Below the pieces are notes generated by a model. That model was not told the origin of the DNA, made no database searches, and saw only the letters and a list, made by a program, of their open reading frames with translations. A program made the translations under genes and the position numbers. From Anthoceros angustus (Eukaryota > Plantae > Anthocerotophyta), in the NCBI GenBank assembly GCA_010909165.1, contig MU008169.1:1488001-1552000 (forward strand): DNA of 64,000 nucleotides. Direction: 5' to 3'. Numbering within the stretch: position 1 is the first letter of the stretch; every line of letters starts with the position of its first letter. This document shows, piece after piece, positions 1-12,353 of the stretch.

Positions 1-2104
1 GAACCCTGCAAGAACTTCCAGGCGACATGCTACTGACTCTCCCCAGGCAAGGAATTGCTTCAGTTGTTCTTGATGACCTCCATCATTTCCTATCAAGGCA
101 GCTACACCTGAGCGGGTCTCAGGGTTATTACACTGCTCTCCGTCCAGCATAACATCTTTCCTACCAGCGTCTTGAAGGTGAGACGTGTCTTCTAGACAAG
201 CTGAGTCCAATACCGCCAGAGATGTGGTGATTGCCTGCTCAGCCGACAGACCATTCAGCTCACTGGCAAATGTGTCATCCGAACTAGCGTTTTCCCACCC
301 TAGCTTCTGAAGTACCGGGACTGCAGATTGAGCATCACCTTGCCCACTAATACTTGGTCCTTCTAATTCCAATTCCTGTGCAGGCATGCCTGTGGGCTCA
401 GATTCTAGTCCTACCAATGGCATAGACTCCCGACCTACATCCTGCGTTGTTTCAGTAATACAAGGTTCTATCGTGTTCCCATCATTTTGAATGTCAGCGG
501 CTGCCACATCCTCCATGTGATGATCCAACATGTGTTCCACTTGAGACACAGACCTATAATTCAGTTCTTCCCTTAAGTTAGTGGCAGCAGGTTTCTCCCA
601 CGTAGTTTCACCAGTTGTTGTGTTCCAATAGTAATAATCTCCACTCTCAGGATCGAGCACAACTTTCCATGCCACAGTCCCATCGTAAATGTGATTCTCA
701 GGCATCCCCCCATTCACATTTGGTCTGGACAGGCCATTGGAGGTCTGATACCTCCATAACCTGTCATCTTTCCTCTCTCCCTTATCCTCCACGGGCTTGG
801 CTACAACCAAATCTTCCACACCTCCCACCTGCCCATTGACTCCAGTGGTTTGTGCCTTGCCAACTGCAACATCAGCCCGTATGGTACCTCCAAGTTCATG
901 TTCCAGCAGGCCACTTGTCTGCAAATCTGCCATGAAATTTGCCACCTTCATGGCGAAACCACTGCATCAGATCAAGGACCCAGAGGGACAAGGGAAGCAC
1001 CTCCTAAAAATGAGTCAGAAACTCGCTCCCAGCCCTCCAGGACAGCTCCCAAAATCTCACCTGCTCATCCACAGGGCGAGGTGGCAGTGCAATGTGCCTT
1101 CTTGTTCCATTCTCCGGCCGTGGTACCGCTATGTCACATTCTTCCTCCTCGTCCTCGTCACTGTACTGCCCCAGAAGTGATAGGGGATTTTCGGTACTCG
1201 CACCTGCACCTGCACCTGCACAACCCACACCTAATGAACCCCGGAAGTCACACCCTCAAAAGATGACAAAAAGAACTGGGCGTTAGCTGCATCGGTCTTC
1301 GTGTGGGTCAGCAGTTTGTTTAAATTGACAACAAGTTATGCTGAGCGTTAGGAGCACGGACGCTACTAGGGTCCTAATTGGTGTGCTATGTTCTATGCAG
1401 CAGCCGTCTGCTGTGGGTCGTGGCAGAGGAGAGCATATGACATACGACACACCCGACACTCTCATGGCAACGGGTCAGGTTAACAAACCAAACAAAGCCA
1501 GAAACATACGAACCGAGATGGCAATTGCTGCCGGCTGCATTCTCCACCCGCTCTGGTTCAGTGAACGTTGCCCTGTACGGCCATACTGACAAAGTAGAAG
1601 CAAGCCTGACCTCAACAAAGCTGAATGTCATTCAATTTTCCCTGCTGCTTGCCGCCCTGATCTGACCCTTTGTTGGTTCCCAACATCAGGGCCACCCTAC
1701 AGGCCCCAGAATCAATCTCTCCAGCCACAACTCTGGAGGTATCTGAATGGTCCCAGAACGAGTGCCTTTGCATGCAAGCACTGGCTTGCACAGGCACCAT
1801 GGAGGCAAGCCCTATGAACCCACCTGGAAGCAGTCGTGGAGACGGTACTCCAGCGCTGTTAAACTGACTCTCATCACCGCCGGTTTGGTCGTTTGCACCA
1901 GTTTCTGCATCATTCGACATGCCAACACATGCCAGAGCCCATCAACCACGAGTCTCGTACCAAACCCCCACAGCACCAGCCACAGTATGCACACTGCTTA
2001 CCAGAGGAATTCGAAGCTAGGTCGTCATCCCGCGAAAGATCAAGCTTCACCCTACGAACCCCACCGCCCAAGGTGCCATGCCGGCGGTCCCGCCTCTTCC
2101 CCAT
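1..2104 (-). CDS. FNBP4-like WW-domain protein, 5' part of a multi-exon gene running off the window
   Basis: ATG at 2104 gives MGKRRDRR...RRVKLDL. A later exon gives ENPLSLLGQYSDEDEEE. Both motifs match the plant formin-binding protein 4-like family as I recall it. Exons not fully resolved. Confidence 0.7.
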
Positions 2105-2854
2105 CTCTCCCGTTTTCACCCCAGGACAAATGGTAACCGCACCCTGCAGCTCCTGGCTGCCTCCAACAACAGCGAACACCTCTAAAGCCGGTAAGGGCAG
2201 GCGAGTGTGTGTCCGCTTCTGCCGCTCAAATCCACCCCGTCTCCCATACTACTCCTACAACGCCCTCGCACACGCCGTGCGACATGCACCTTTCTCGCAA
2301 ACATTCAACACTGATTGTAAACCTGACTTCCCTTCCAGCTTCTCTTACACACATCCACGGCCCAACAATTTTCAAATTTAAGCGCAATTTTAACATATGA
2401 ATATGTACCTATGTACCTACCTATAGGTCGTACGTACTGCACATATGTGCTTGTCTTGTCTCTGATCTCTACTTCGGTAACTTTTATTCCCAAAGCTTGC
2501 CAGATTTCCATCACAACCAGCTTTACAAAGAGTAATTCTAACTTAAAAATAATATATTATATAATTTAGATATTTAAATATTTTAATGCATTAAATATAA
2601 AATAATCACGATTAATATGAATATATTAGACACAAGATGTATTTTTGTATGATTCAATAGACACATGTGGTCCATGGTCCAATACCCTTTATATGGACTT
2701 CAGGCCTTCACTTGGTCTATGATGGATGGGACCAAGCCTGAATGACATTCCTAAAAGCTCAGATTTTGATTGCCATCCCACCCCCAAGGCTCACAACTTG
2801 ATTGCCATCCCATCTCCTGGTTTGTCCCCCAACACGATGATGATGAGATGATTA

Positions 2855-3893
2855 TGGAATACCGATCTGGTCATGCGGCATCCACATTTTTTTAGGGTTG
2901 TGGACAGAAAGAAATAGTCCCGCCGCATACGGCGGAACTATTTCGGTATGTCACGCATGACCACATCGGTCAGGGCTGCGGCCCCCCGTGTCCCGATGTC
3001 GTCAACCTACCCCATGATGCACGAAAAGATTTCACGGTACACAGAAACTTTTCTTCTCTCGGGTTTAGAGTTGCGTTTAGGTCATTTGCGTTGCCGCGCC
3101 ATTGCGGCACGCAATATTCCATCTCTGGTCACGCGGCATCCAAATTTTTTAGGGTTGTCAGCGGTTGCGTTAGCGTTGCGCTTACTGTTTGCAATTGCGT
3201 TTCTGGCGCGGCTGAGTGCGTTTGCCCTTACGTGCAAGGCTACACTGCTTTGGCATACAAGGCCGCAACGCTTCCTAAGCTCGCCTATTGGGGTGCGATT
3301 TCACATAGCACTAACTACCGAAACAAGCTTGTACGAGCGACCAGAGAAGGGCTTCCATGAAAACAGTCGCACACATACAAGGATTGCACCCAAAAAAGCC
3401 TGCAGTGCGTATAGTTCAAAGGGCCTACTGGACTACATAACGCAGGTGATCCTGTCACGCCACGGCGGCCTTGCATGCGCCCACTGGAGGTACTCGGGCG
3501 GCCTCCCGCTCCTACACTCCTCGCACAATGTCGCTGCAGTGCGGTGGTACATATCGGGGAGGAAGTCCATACCCTCCAAGCCCTTCGCATAGGCATTGTC
3601 CCTCGCGACATGCAGTTCCTGGCGAACAAAAAATTGTGTATGTGTGTTGGTTGGATCGAAACCCTAAAATCCTAAACAAGAAAACATATGCATGACACAA
3701 TCGGAACATTAGGCGTATGATCGTGTCATAGAAAGTTTTTGCCCCGAGTACAAACCTACAGAAGCTGATGTGGTACGTATTATACGTATATTGTACACAA
3801 GTATCTGAAAGATGCCGTGGCATATTTTCGTAGCGTACACCCAAAAAAAAGAAAGTCACACACACGCTCCCGTGTGACCAGATCGGTATTCCA
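2855..3893. mobile_element. Non-autonomous TIR element, MULE-like
   Basis: TGGAATACCGATCTGGTCA at 2855 is the exact reverse complement of TGACCAGATCGGTATTCCA ending 3893. Flanks GAGATGATTA / CAGATGATGA match 8/10 (decayed 10-bp TSD). A second copy of the left subterminal motif lies at ~3124. Confidence 0.55.
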
Positions 3894-3928
3894 CAGATGA
3901 TGAAGTATCACATTGTACATAGTAATGG

Positions 3929-4117
3929 GGTTCTTTATGTAATTTGTTGTCCACTCTTGGTTGTAATGGACAACAATGTTGTCAAGTGTTTTGGGTATTT
4001 GTAAGATGTTATCAAATAAAAGAATTATGTGAAATAGATGGTGTTCTTTATGTGATAACTGATCTTTGTTGTCCACTCTTTGTTGTAGTGGACAACAATG
4101 CTGTAAGTGTTTTGAGC
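3929..4117. repeat. Two imperfect ~70-bp direct repeats
   Basis: GTTCTTTATGT...TTGTTGTCCACTCTT-GTTGTA-TGGACAACAATG-TGT-AAGTGTTTTG occurs at ~3929-3996 and ~4043-4117. Confidence 0.6.
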
Positions 4118-4599
4118 TTATGTGCTGCATCCGGAGGGGCAAAACTGGGATGCAGGGCGGGCACCCGAGAAGAAGTGCACCGTCGTTGGCCTCTTTCCGT
4201 AGATGCTTGGAATGCCGGATATGTCGTTGTAGCTGGCAGTTTTTCTCTAACTTGCCTTCTTTAAAGCTGGGCAAGGTGGGATATGTAGAATTTCTTCCCA
4301 TGCCCATGGTTGGCTGTCCCAATTTGGCCTGAGCAATCGGGATCGCTCGGCCTACTGGAGGGAGGTGAATCGTGATGCGACAAAAGGGATGGGATGGGGG
4401 TGGCATTTCCATGCACAGGCCATAGCTATGTCCAGCCTGACTGTACACTTCGCAGAGCCGACGGCTACAAGTAGGACCACGGAGGGGGCAACGTGTGCGG
4501 CGGGCCTTCCATCCCTGCAGGCCTGAGACAAGGGGAAAATTGGGGGAAGATTGGGATGCACTCGTACCCGGGAAAATTGGTCTCCATTGTTGCACCTCG

Positions 4600-5290
4600 G
4601 CCTCAGAATTTCTCGTGTGGCAGAGAAAGACTTGAACCTCCAATCTGGGCGTCATGGTAGAAGCCTCCTGGAAGGCTTACGTGCACGATTGCCATGATCG
4701 GTAGCGCCACGAGACCCTTGGTTGGATGTGATGCGAGCGTGAGGAAACCTGTTCACATGTTTCCACACTCCACCTCCCCTCCACGTCAGGTACTATCAGT
4801 GGGTGCACCCTGCTCGTGCTTTAGGTAGGTCCCCTACATCAGCAGACTCTATGCCCATACAGCAAGCAAATCTGCCTGATACGTCATCTGTAAAGCTGCA
4901 AACTCCCCATCCTACGGCTTCAGAGGTTTTCTCCCCTCATATGGCTTACACTATACTACCCATCAAACAATCCTGTTTGACTGCCTTGCAGCAATGCCAC
5001 GAGAGTCATGGAATCTGGAGCCCTCACATTGGACATGAGGAAACAGGGGATCAGCAGGCGAAAAGCGACCTGCCATCATCCACAGAATTCAGAAGTTCTC
5101 ACACATATTCCAACACTCACTTCCACATGACTACAGAGTAAACACGCACAGAAATGCATGCCTTTGACATAGAGCCGTGGGAGTTATAGCAGGAAGATGG
5201 CCCGATGCCTGCACCCATACTACAAAAGCTGCCATAAAAAGCCCACCGTCAGAACTGTCCGAAAAACTAACCCAGTGACCAACATTCCCG
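4600..5290 (-). pseudogene. Partial genomic duplicate (exons plus introns) of the PILS-like gene at 24.5-27.6 kb
   Basis: Collinear and highly similar to 26380-27065, including introns. Encodes FVVWVQASGHLPAITPTALCQ and VAFRLLIPCFLMS. First exon and all 3' exons are absent. Confidence 0.85.
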
Positions 5291-5421
5291 CGGGAGCAGC
5301 ATGCAGCACAATATAGAGCTTTCATGCTAAATCTGGAAGAGGGACGGAGTAGATTCAGGGTTCGGGATTACCGCATATGGTAAAAAAACCAAATTGTTTT
5401 TGCTGTTGATCTGGTCAACGA

Positions 5422-5492
5422 GCACTGGTGGTCTAGTGGTAGAATAGTACCCTGCCACGGTACAGACCCGGGTTCGATTCCCGGCCAGTGCA
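5422..5492 (+). tRNA. tRNA-Gly (GCC)
   Basis: GCACTGGTGGTCTAGTGGTAGAATAGTACCCTGCCACGGTACAGACCCGGGTTCGATTCCCGGCCAGTGCA: perfect 7-bp acceptor stem, A/B boxes, GCC anticodon, upstream CAA, T-rich downstream sequence. Confidence 0.98.
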
Positions 5493-5976
5493 TTGATTTA
5501 TTTGTGGCACTGGGATTGATCTATAATCATTTTCCGTCGTGGCCTCGACAGTATGTGCTGAAGTGCCGATGAAGTCTTGTGGCTACCTGTTCATGTCTAA
5601 TTCCCGACCTCCAAATCTGGGCAAGGTGCGGAAACGGCAGCCAAAATTGTAATTGGTCGCAATTTCAATTTCAAAAGGTGACGCCCTGCCCGTGCCAGCA
5701 CCCGATTGCCTCTCACACGAATCCATCTCCTGCAACTCTGATCAATGCAATTTTTCACCATTATTTTATGTACTTTCTATTGCAATGGAGTCAGGATTGA
5801 GTGCCAGCCCCAAAGCATAAAGGCTGAAACACATGACACATGTACTGCTGTGGTAATCAACATCTAGGCACGCCCCGTTCAACATTAGGGGGAAACACAA
5901 CAAGTTGATCGCAGACTACTTTAGCATCCTCATGATCTTCCGCAGATGTGCACGTCTGGCTTCCTTGTCCATCTAG

Positions 5977-6218
5977 TATTAAATGGTGATGAGCATATGC
6001 ATACTTAGATTACACACATGCTAGGAAAAGAGTCTGAATAGATTAGTAATCACATCGTGTGTGTGTGTGGGCACATAGGCAGTCTGTGGGCAGGCACTGG
6101 TGCCTGCTGGTGATGGAGAGACGTGACCCTTCACAAGAGGTATGTTCTCTCCTAACTATCCAGCACACTAACTGCTAGCCTAACTGCTAGCCTAACTGGA
6201 GCAGTCTGAATTGCAATA
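5977..6218 (-). repeat. Copia 3' LTR (242 bp, TATT...AATA ends)
   Basis: Matches 14344-14571 with ~6 substitutions, a 2-bp TG indel and a 12-bp tandem duplication. Confidence 0.95.
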
Positions 6219-6227
6219 CTCCCCCTC
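6219..6227 (-). promoter_or_regulatory. Polypurine tract GAGGGGGAG
   Basis: Directly abuts the 3' LTR on the element sense strand. Confidence 0.9.
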
Positions 6228-6256
6228 AGACTCGACATGTTAGGCTGAGGGTCATG

Positions 6257-8830
6257 CTAGTCTAGGACAGGAGTCACAGGACAAACTCCAAGTAGGGTCA
6301 TACAGGCTATGTGCTTATCCCTTGGCAAGCTCTTGGTTAAGATATCTGCTGCCGTGTGTTCAGTCGGGCAGTATTCAAGCTTGATCTCTCCGGCTGCACA
6401 TTTCTCGCGAACATAATGATATTGCAAGTCGATGTGCTTCGATCTTGAGCTAAACTTTGGGTTCCCAGCCAAAGCAAGAGCGGATTGATTGTCAATCTTA
6501 ATTATCACGGGCTTCACTTGTGTCATGCCGAGCTCCTCAAGTAGGCAGACTCGATCAACCACACGCTTGGTTGCCTGAGTAGCTGCCATGTATTCGGATT
6601 CCGTAGAAGAAAGGGCTATGGCGGTTTGCCTCTTCGAACCCTAGTCGATGGCGGCATTGCACAACATCAGCGCAAATCCGGAGGTCGATTTCTTTGAGTC
6701 CACATCTCCCCCCCAATCGGCATCCGTATAAGCGGATAACTGAGGGGTGTGAGAGCCTTTCGCTACATGCCCATCATACAGGAGCACATGGGTCATGGTA
6801 CCCTTAAGATAGCGTAGAGTGCGTTTGAGTGCCGACCAATGAGCCGGTCCTGGGTTGGCCATTTGCTGGGCCAAAACGCGGACAGCATGGCTAAGGTCAG
6901 GCCTCAAAGTGGTGCGTATCCAGTTAATACGACCAACAGCCTCTTGATAAGGAATGGATTTCATATACTTCCGCTCTTCATCATTCTTGGGTGCCTGTTC
7001 TGCACTCACAGGCGCTCCCACAGCAAGAGGAGTGGAAGCTGGCTTGCACTCAAGCATGTTGAACTTGGTTAATGTATTTTAATATATTGAGTTTGACTTA
7101 AATGTAACGAGCACGGTAAATAGTCTTTGCTAGCAAGCCCAACTTATCATTGCTAGCTAGCATGCAGTCATCAACGTATAGGGCGAGGCTGACAAGTGTA
7201 GTCCCAGACCTAAGAACGTAGACGTTACCATCAGATGGGCATTTAACAAATCCAAACTCAAAAAGGACCTCATTCATCAACTCATTCCAATTTATGGCGG
7301 ACTGCTTAAGACCATAAATACTCCCCAAGAGTAAGCATACCCGATGCTCCTTGCCCTTCTCTTCGTATGCCTCGGGTTGACGCATGTATATTTCTTCTTT
7401 GAGACGGCCGTACAAAAATGCCGTCTTGACATCTAATTGAACTACTTCCCGATCATGTATGGTAGCGAGGGCCAAAATAGTGCGCAGGGAGCTTATCTGG
7501 ACAACCGGGGAGAAGAGGTGGTCCACATCATAATCAGCACCAGCCCATTGAGTGTACCCTTGTGCAACGAGACGAGCCCTATACTGTTCGATTGCACCAT
7601 CAGCAATGTACTTGATTTTAAAAGTCCACTTACTCCCCACGGCCGAGCGTCCTTCAGGCAGTTCACAAAGACACCAGGTCTTATTGTCTTTGAGTGACTG
7701 GAACTCATCATCGATTGCCTTTTTCCATTCGGATGCTTGCGGCCCGAAAATGTCCTCCTTATAACTGGATGGCTCTTGGATGTCCGAGGAAGCCATGAGT
7801 GCTTCGGCGCAAGTAAGAGCCACGGGATTCAATGCCGGGGGCGCTCTCAAGTAAGGACTTGAGACAGTCTTTTCCTCTTGAGGGGAATTAAAGGTAGAAG
7901 TGAAAGAAGCTTGTTCGAGATTCTCACGGGCCTTCCAGCTGAGTTGTCTTTGCCTGGTGGAACGTCGAAGCGTAGGAGGCTCTTCCACTGGTGAAGACAA
8001 ATCCGGGGGGTGAGTAACACCTTCTGCAGGGAAGGGAAAATCAAGTTCATTTTGATCAACAATAGTATTGCTGCTGGATGGCAAAGCGGGGTAAGAAGGT
8101 TGAGCAATAGCCACAGTGGGCAAGGGGGCAAAAGGCTGCATAGCCACAACTAGAGGAATTGGCAGGGGCAGCATGGGCGCAGATGGAGGAATTGGCTGTT
8201 GAGCAATCACTGCTGGAAAAATGGGCTGCTGAGCAATAGCTGCTGACTCAGTGGCTTGACTAGGTGCTAGCTCCCACTCATCCTCCCCCAAGCACTAGAG
8301 CTCATTTCCTCCCCCTGAGTAGAATCTTGAGAAAAGATATCATCTGGAGAAGATTCTTGTACAAGAGATGTTAAGAGGGGCTGCTCATTAAATATAACAT
8401 CACGAGCAAAGATGAGACGTTTAGAGTCCTTCAAATAAATACGGTATGCCTTCACAGTCTCACCATATCCCAGTAAACCTTCATGAGACTTAGAATCCAA
8501 TTTCCTACGAAGGGCCTTGGGAACATGGACATAGGCCGCACATCCAAATATACGAAGATGACTAAGGTTAGGCTTACGGTTGCTCCAAGCTTCATACGGG
8601 GTCAACCCTCGACGGCCTTTGTAGGTAGACGATTCAGAAGGTAATTTGCTGTGTTAAGAGCTTCAGCCCAAAAGTGATTAGAAAGACATGCATGCTTCAA
8701 CATGGACCTACCCATCTCGACTTGAGTCCTATGTTGCCGTTCAACAACTTCATTCTGCTCTGGTGTATGGGGAACAGTGGTCTGTCTAATTATACCATGT
8801 AATCGACAATGCTGATTGAAAGCACCATTG
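6257..8830 (-). pseudogene. Copia pol: integrase C-terminal half, RT and RNase H (stops/frameshifts)
   Basis: Motifs HTPEQNEVVER..FWAEAL, YRARLVAQG, QLDVKTAFLYG, LALYVDDC, YTDADWGGD, IDNQSA, HIDLQYHYVRE. Confidence 0.95.
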
Positions 8831-11830
8831 TCAAACTCAACAAATACTGTTTAGAAAGGGGTTTCTCCACGAAACCCTTGCACACGGACGCGGACTCTTT
8901 GCACTTGAAAAATCCGCTATAATCGCCTTTTGGTATTTCTCTGCGGACATGTCACCCGCAACCTTTTGAATAATTGTTTTGATACACGTTATTTGAGATT
9001 GTAGATTGCAAGTGCGTGGCAAAACCTAAAGTCCCATTCTCGCTCGGCTTTTTCTTTCAAACGGACACGATTGCGCGCAAACTTATGCGCGCGCCTATCT
9101 AAACGTCTCAACATCGGCAATCATTGCGGTGTTGGACGATACAAACATTTAGAGTTTTAGGGCTTGTTGTCGTGCGCAAACTTGTTTTGCGCACCAACCT
9201 TTCATTCATACCAAGAATCCTAAGACTATACTCGCCCGAGAATTTTACAGACTTTGTTTCTTAGACATTGGGACAATAATATCTTCGTTGAACTGATGTT
9301 CTTGATCCACATGCAAGTGCGAGAATGAGAGTGGCATGGTCTCGCACTTGAGCCGGGCCACGCCAAACGCCTCAAGATTCAAAAGATGCAAAGGTTCTCA
9401 CTACTAGTTCAAAGTTTTAACCACTAGAAAAAGATGAGGGTTAAGTGAAGATAAGAACATATCCACATTAGGGAGGTGCACAAAAAGGTTGAAAACGTCG
9501 AAAGGAACCCTTTAAAACAACAAAAATATCAAAAAATACAAAACAATTCAAAAATTATCAAAAATTTTAGGGAGTGCGGCGCGCAGCACTTCTTCAAAAA
9601 CTGGACTTTTGTGATTTTTAAGGGTTTTAAGGGTTTTTAGACTTTTGCTCTTTTTCTTTGGATGAACATGGGAATGCACTAGGAGGCATGAACCATATGG
9701 TTTCATGCTCCTAGGCCCTTCTTGACCTTTTTGCGTGCACTTGTGCGTGCACTGGCCCTCCTGCCCCGCAGTGCGCAAGTGCGCGCGCGGCTCCTGCAGT
9801 GCGCGCACAAGTCGCGCTGCCAGGGGCTACAGTGCGCTGGTGCAGCGCACCAGCCCCTGGTGCGCGCTGGCGCGCGCCCCTGCCCGGTGGCGCACAAGTC
9901 GCGCACGGCCTGCCCACAGTGCGGCGCACTTGTGCAGCGCCACGTGCCCTTGGTACATGCACTTGTTCACCAGTAGGCCCCTAGCATGTTTGATGATAAC
10001 CCGGTGCTAGGTCACCTTGAAAAGAGAAACAACATAAAGGATAAAAAGAGGTTAAGAGGGGCTGCTCATTAAATATAACATCACGAGCAAAGATGAGACG
10101 CTTAGAGTCCTTCAAATAAATACGGTATGCCTTCACAGCCTCACCATATCCCAAGAAACCTTCATGAGACTTAGAATCCAATTTCCTACGAAGGGCCTTG
10201 GGAACATGGACATAGGCCGCACATCCAAATAATAAGATGACTAAGGTTAGCTTACAGCTCCAAGCTTCACACGGGTCAACCCCGACGGCCTTGTAGGTAG
10301 ACGATTCAAGGTAATTTCGTGTTAAGAGCTTGACCCAAAGTGATTAGAAAGACATGCATGCTTCAACATGGACCTACCCATCTCGACTTGAGTCCTATGT
10401 TGCCGTTCAACAACTTCATTCTGCTCTGGTGTATGGGGAACAGTGGTCTGTCTAATTATACCATGTAATCGACAATGCTGATTGAAAGCACCATTGTCAA
10501 ACTCAACAGCGTCTGTTTAGAAAGGGGTTTCTCCTGAAACCCCTTTTTGCACACGGACGTGGCCGGACCCCTTTTTGCACTTGAAAAAATCCGCACTATA
10601 ATCGCTTTTTGATTTCACAGACATGTCACCCGCAACCTTTTGAATAATTGTTTTGATACACGTTATTTGAGATTGTAGATTGCAAGTACGTGGCAAAACC
10701 TAAAGTCCCATTCTCGCTCGGCTTTTTCTTTCAAATCGACACAAGAAACTTATGCGCGCACTTACATCTAAATCAGCTTCCAACATCCGCAATCATTGCG
10801 GTGTTGGACGATACAAAACATTTAGAGTTTTAGGGCTTGTTAGACTCGGCAAACTTGTTTGCGCACCAACCTTTCATTCATACCAAGAATCCTAAGACTA
10901 TACTCGCCCGAGAATTTTACAGACTTTGTTTCTTAGACATTGGGACAATAATATCTTCGTTGAACTGATGTTCTTGATCCACATGCAAGTGCGAGAATGA
11001 GAGTGGCATGGTCTCGCACTTGAGTCGGGCCCACGCCAAACGCCTCAAGATTCAAAAGATGCAAAAGGTTCTCACTACTAGTTCAAAGTTTTAACCACTA
11101 GAAAAAGATGAGGGTTAAGTAAAGATAAGAACATATCCACATTAGGGAGGTGCACAAAAAGGTTGAAAACGTCGAAAGGAACCCTTTAAAACAACAAAAT
11201 ATCAAAAAATACAAAACAATTCAAAAATTGTCATTTTAGCAAGTGCAGACTTGCCTCAAAAACTGGACTTTTTGTGATTTTTAAGGGTTTTAAGGGTTTT
11301 TAGACTTTTGCTCTTTTTTCTTTGATGAACTGGGAATGCACTAGGAGGCATGAACCATATGGGTTCATGCTCCTAGGCCCTTCTTGACCTTGGGTGCGTG
11401 CACTTGTGCGCAAGACTTGCAAAAACTGGACTTTTTGTGATTTTTAAGGGTTTTAAGGGTTTTTAGACTTTTGCTCTTTTTTCTTTGATGAACTGGGAAT
11501 GCACTAGGAGGCATGAACCATATGGGTTCATGCTCCTAGGCCCTTCTTGACCTTGGGTGCGTGCACTTGTGCGTGCACTGGCCTCCTGGCAAGGCACAAG
11601 ACCCCTGCCTCGTGCGCGCACAAGTGCGCGCACCGGCCCCTGCTCGGTGCGCGCACAAGTGCGCGCACGGGCCCCTTGCCTCGGTGCGCGCACAAGTGCG
11701 CGCACCGGCCCCTGCTCGGTGCGCCAAGACTTGTGCGCGCGGGCCCCTTGCCCTCGGTACATGCACTTGTTCACCCAGGGCCCCTAGCATGTTTGATGAT
11801 AACCCGGTACTAGGTCACCAAGAGACTAAA
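8370..11830. repeat. ~1.68-kb imperfect tandem duplication (Copia integrase piece plus left part of the nested element)
   Basis: 8370-10050 recurs from 10051. Differences are mostly small indels concentrated either side of the junction. Confidence 0.9.
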
Positions 11831-12353
11831 CACCGTAAAGGATAAAAAGGGATAGGGTGTTCTTCGTCGCATTAGGGCATAGGATAGATATATGAGAGCG
11901 GTCTAGGTGAACCTCCGATGTCTACTACTTGTTATTTTGTTGGGAGTTCCAAGACATCCTCGACCTCCAAAAGGACATGTTTCCCCATTAGAAGATTATT
12001 TTTCGCTCTTTTGCACATGCACACAAGTTTGCATAGCGTTGTTTAGACGCGCACTTATGCGCCTAGGCCCCCGGTATACAAAACATACAAACCACACAAA
12101 ATGCGTAAACTACTGACATGACGAAATTATGGAACAATGAGGTCACTAGTTCTTCATCACACGACTAAATCGCCATGAACTCGAGTACAAGGCGCCAAAG
12201 GTGTAAATGACTCGACAGGAAGTGGTGCGAGCCGAGAATGCCCGAAACCGATGGATGAACACCTACAAAACCAACAAAACCAAACCAACTTCGGCCCCAA
12301 ATAGGGTTGGGATTTTCCAAAACCCCTTTGTGGAGAAACCCCTTTCTAAAACA
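8848..12353. mobile_element. Non-coding nested insertion with TG...CA ends and 23-24-bp inverted termini (solo LTR or non-autonomous TIR element)
   Basis: TGTTTAGAAAGGGGTTTCTCCAC at 8848 (again at 10514) is inverted at 12330-12353. It interrupts the integrase at the S-D-N-G-G-E-F region. No clean TSD. Confidence 0.75.
11590..11760. repeat. GC-rich ~39-bp tandem units containing GTGCGCGCAC palindromes
   Basis: GTGCGCGCACAAGTGCGCGCAC-type units repeated about 4 times. A degraded copy lies at ~9750-9950. Confidence 0.8.

Noticed and set aside
3655-3680. Interstitial telomere (AAACCCTAAAATCCTAAA and similar motifs elsewhere)
   Set aside because: Only 1-2 degenerate units at each site, consistent with telo-boxes or TE sequence.
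3780-4655. 291-aa minus-strand ORF
   Set aside because: Crosses a TIR boundary, repeats and a duplicated fragment. No coherent protein.
5422-5977. Copia targeting of a tRNA gene (Ty1-like)
   Set aside because: A single insertion ~480 bp downstream, not upstream, of the tRNA. No basis for targeting from one case.
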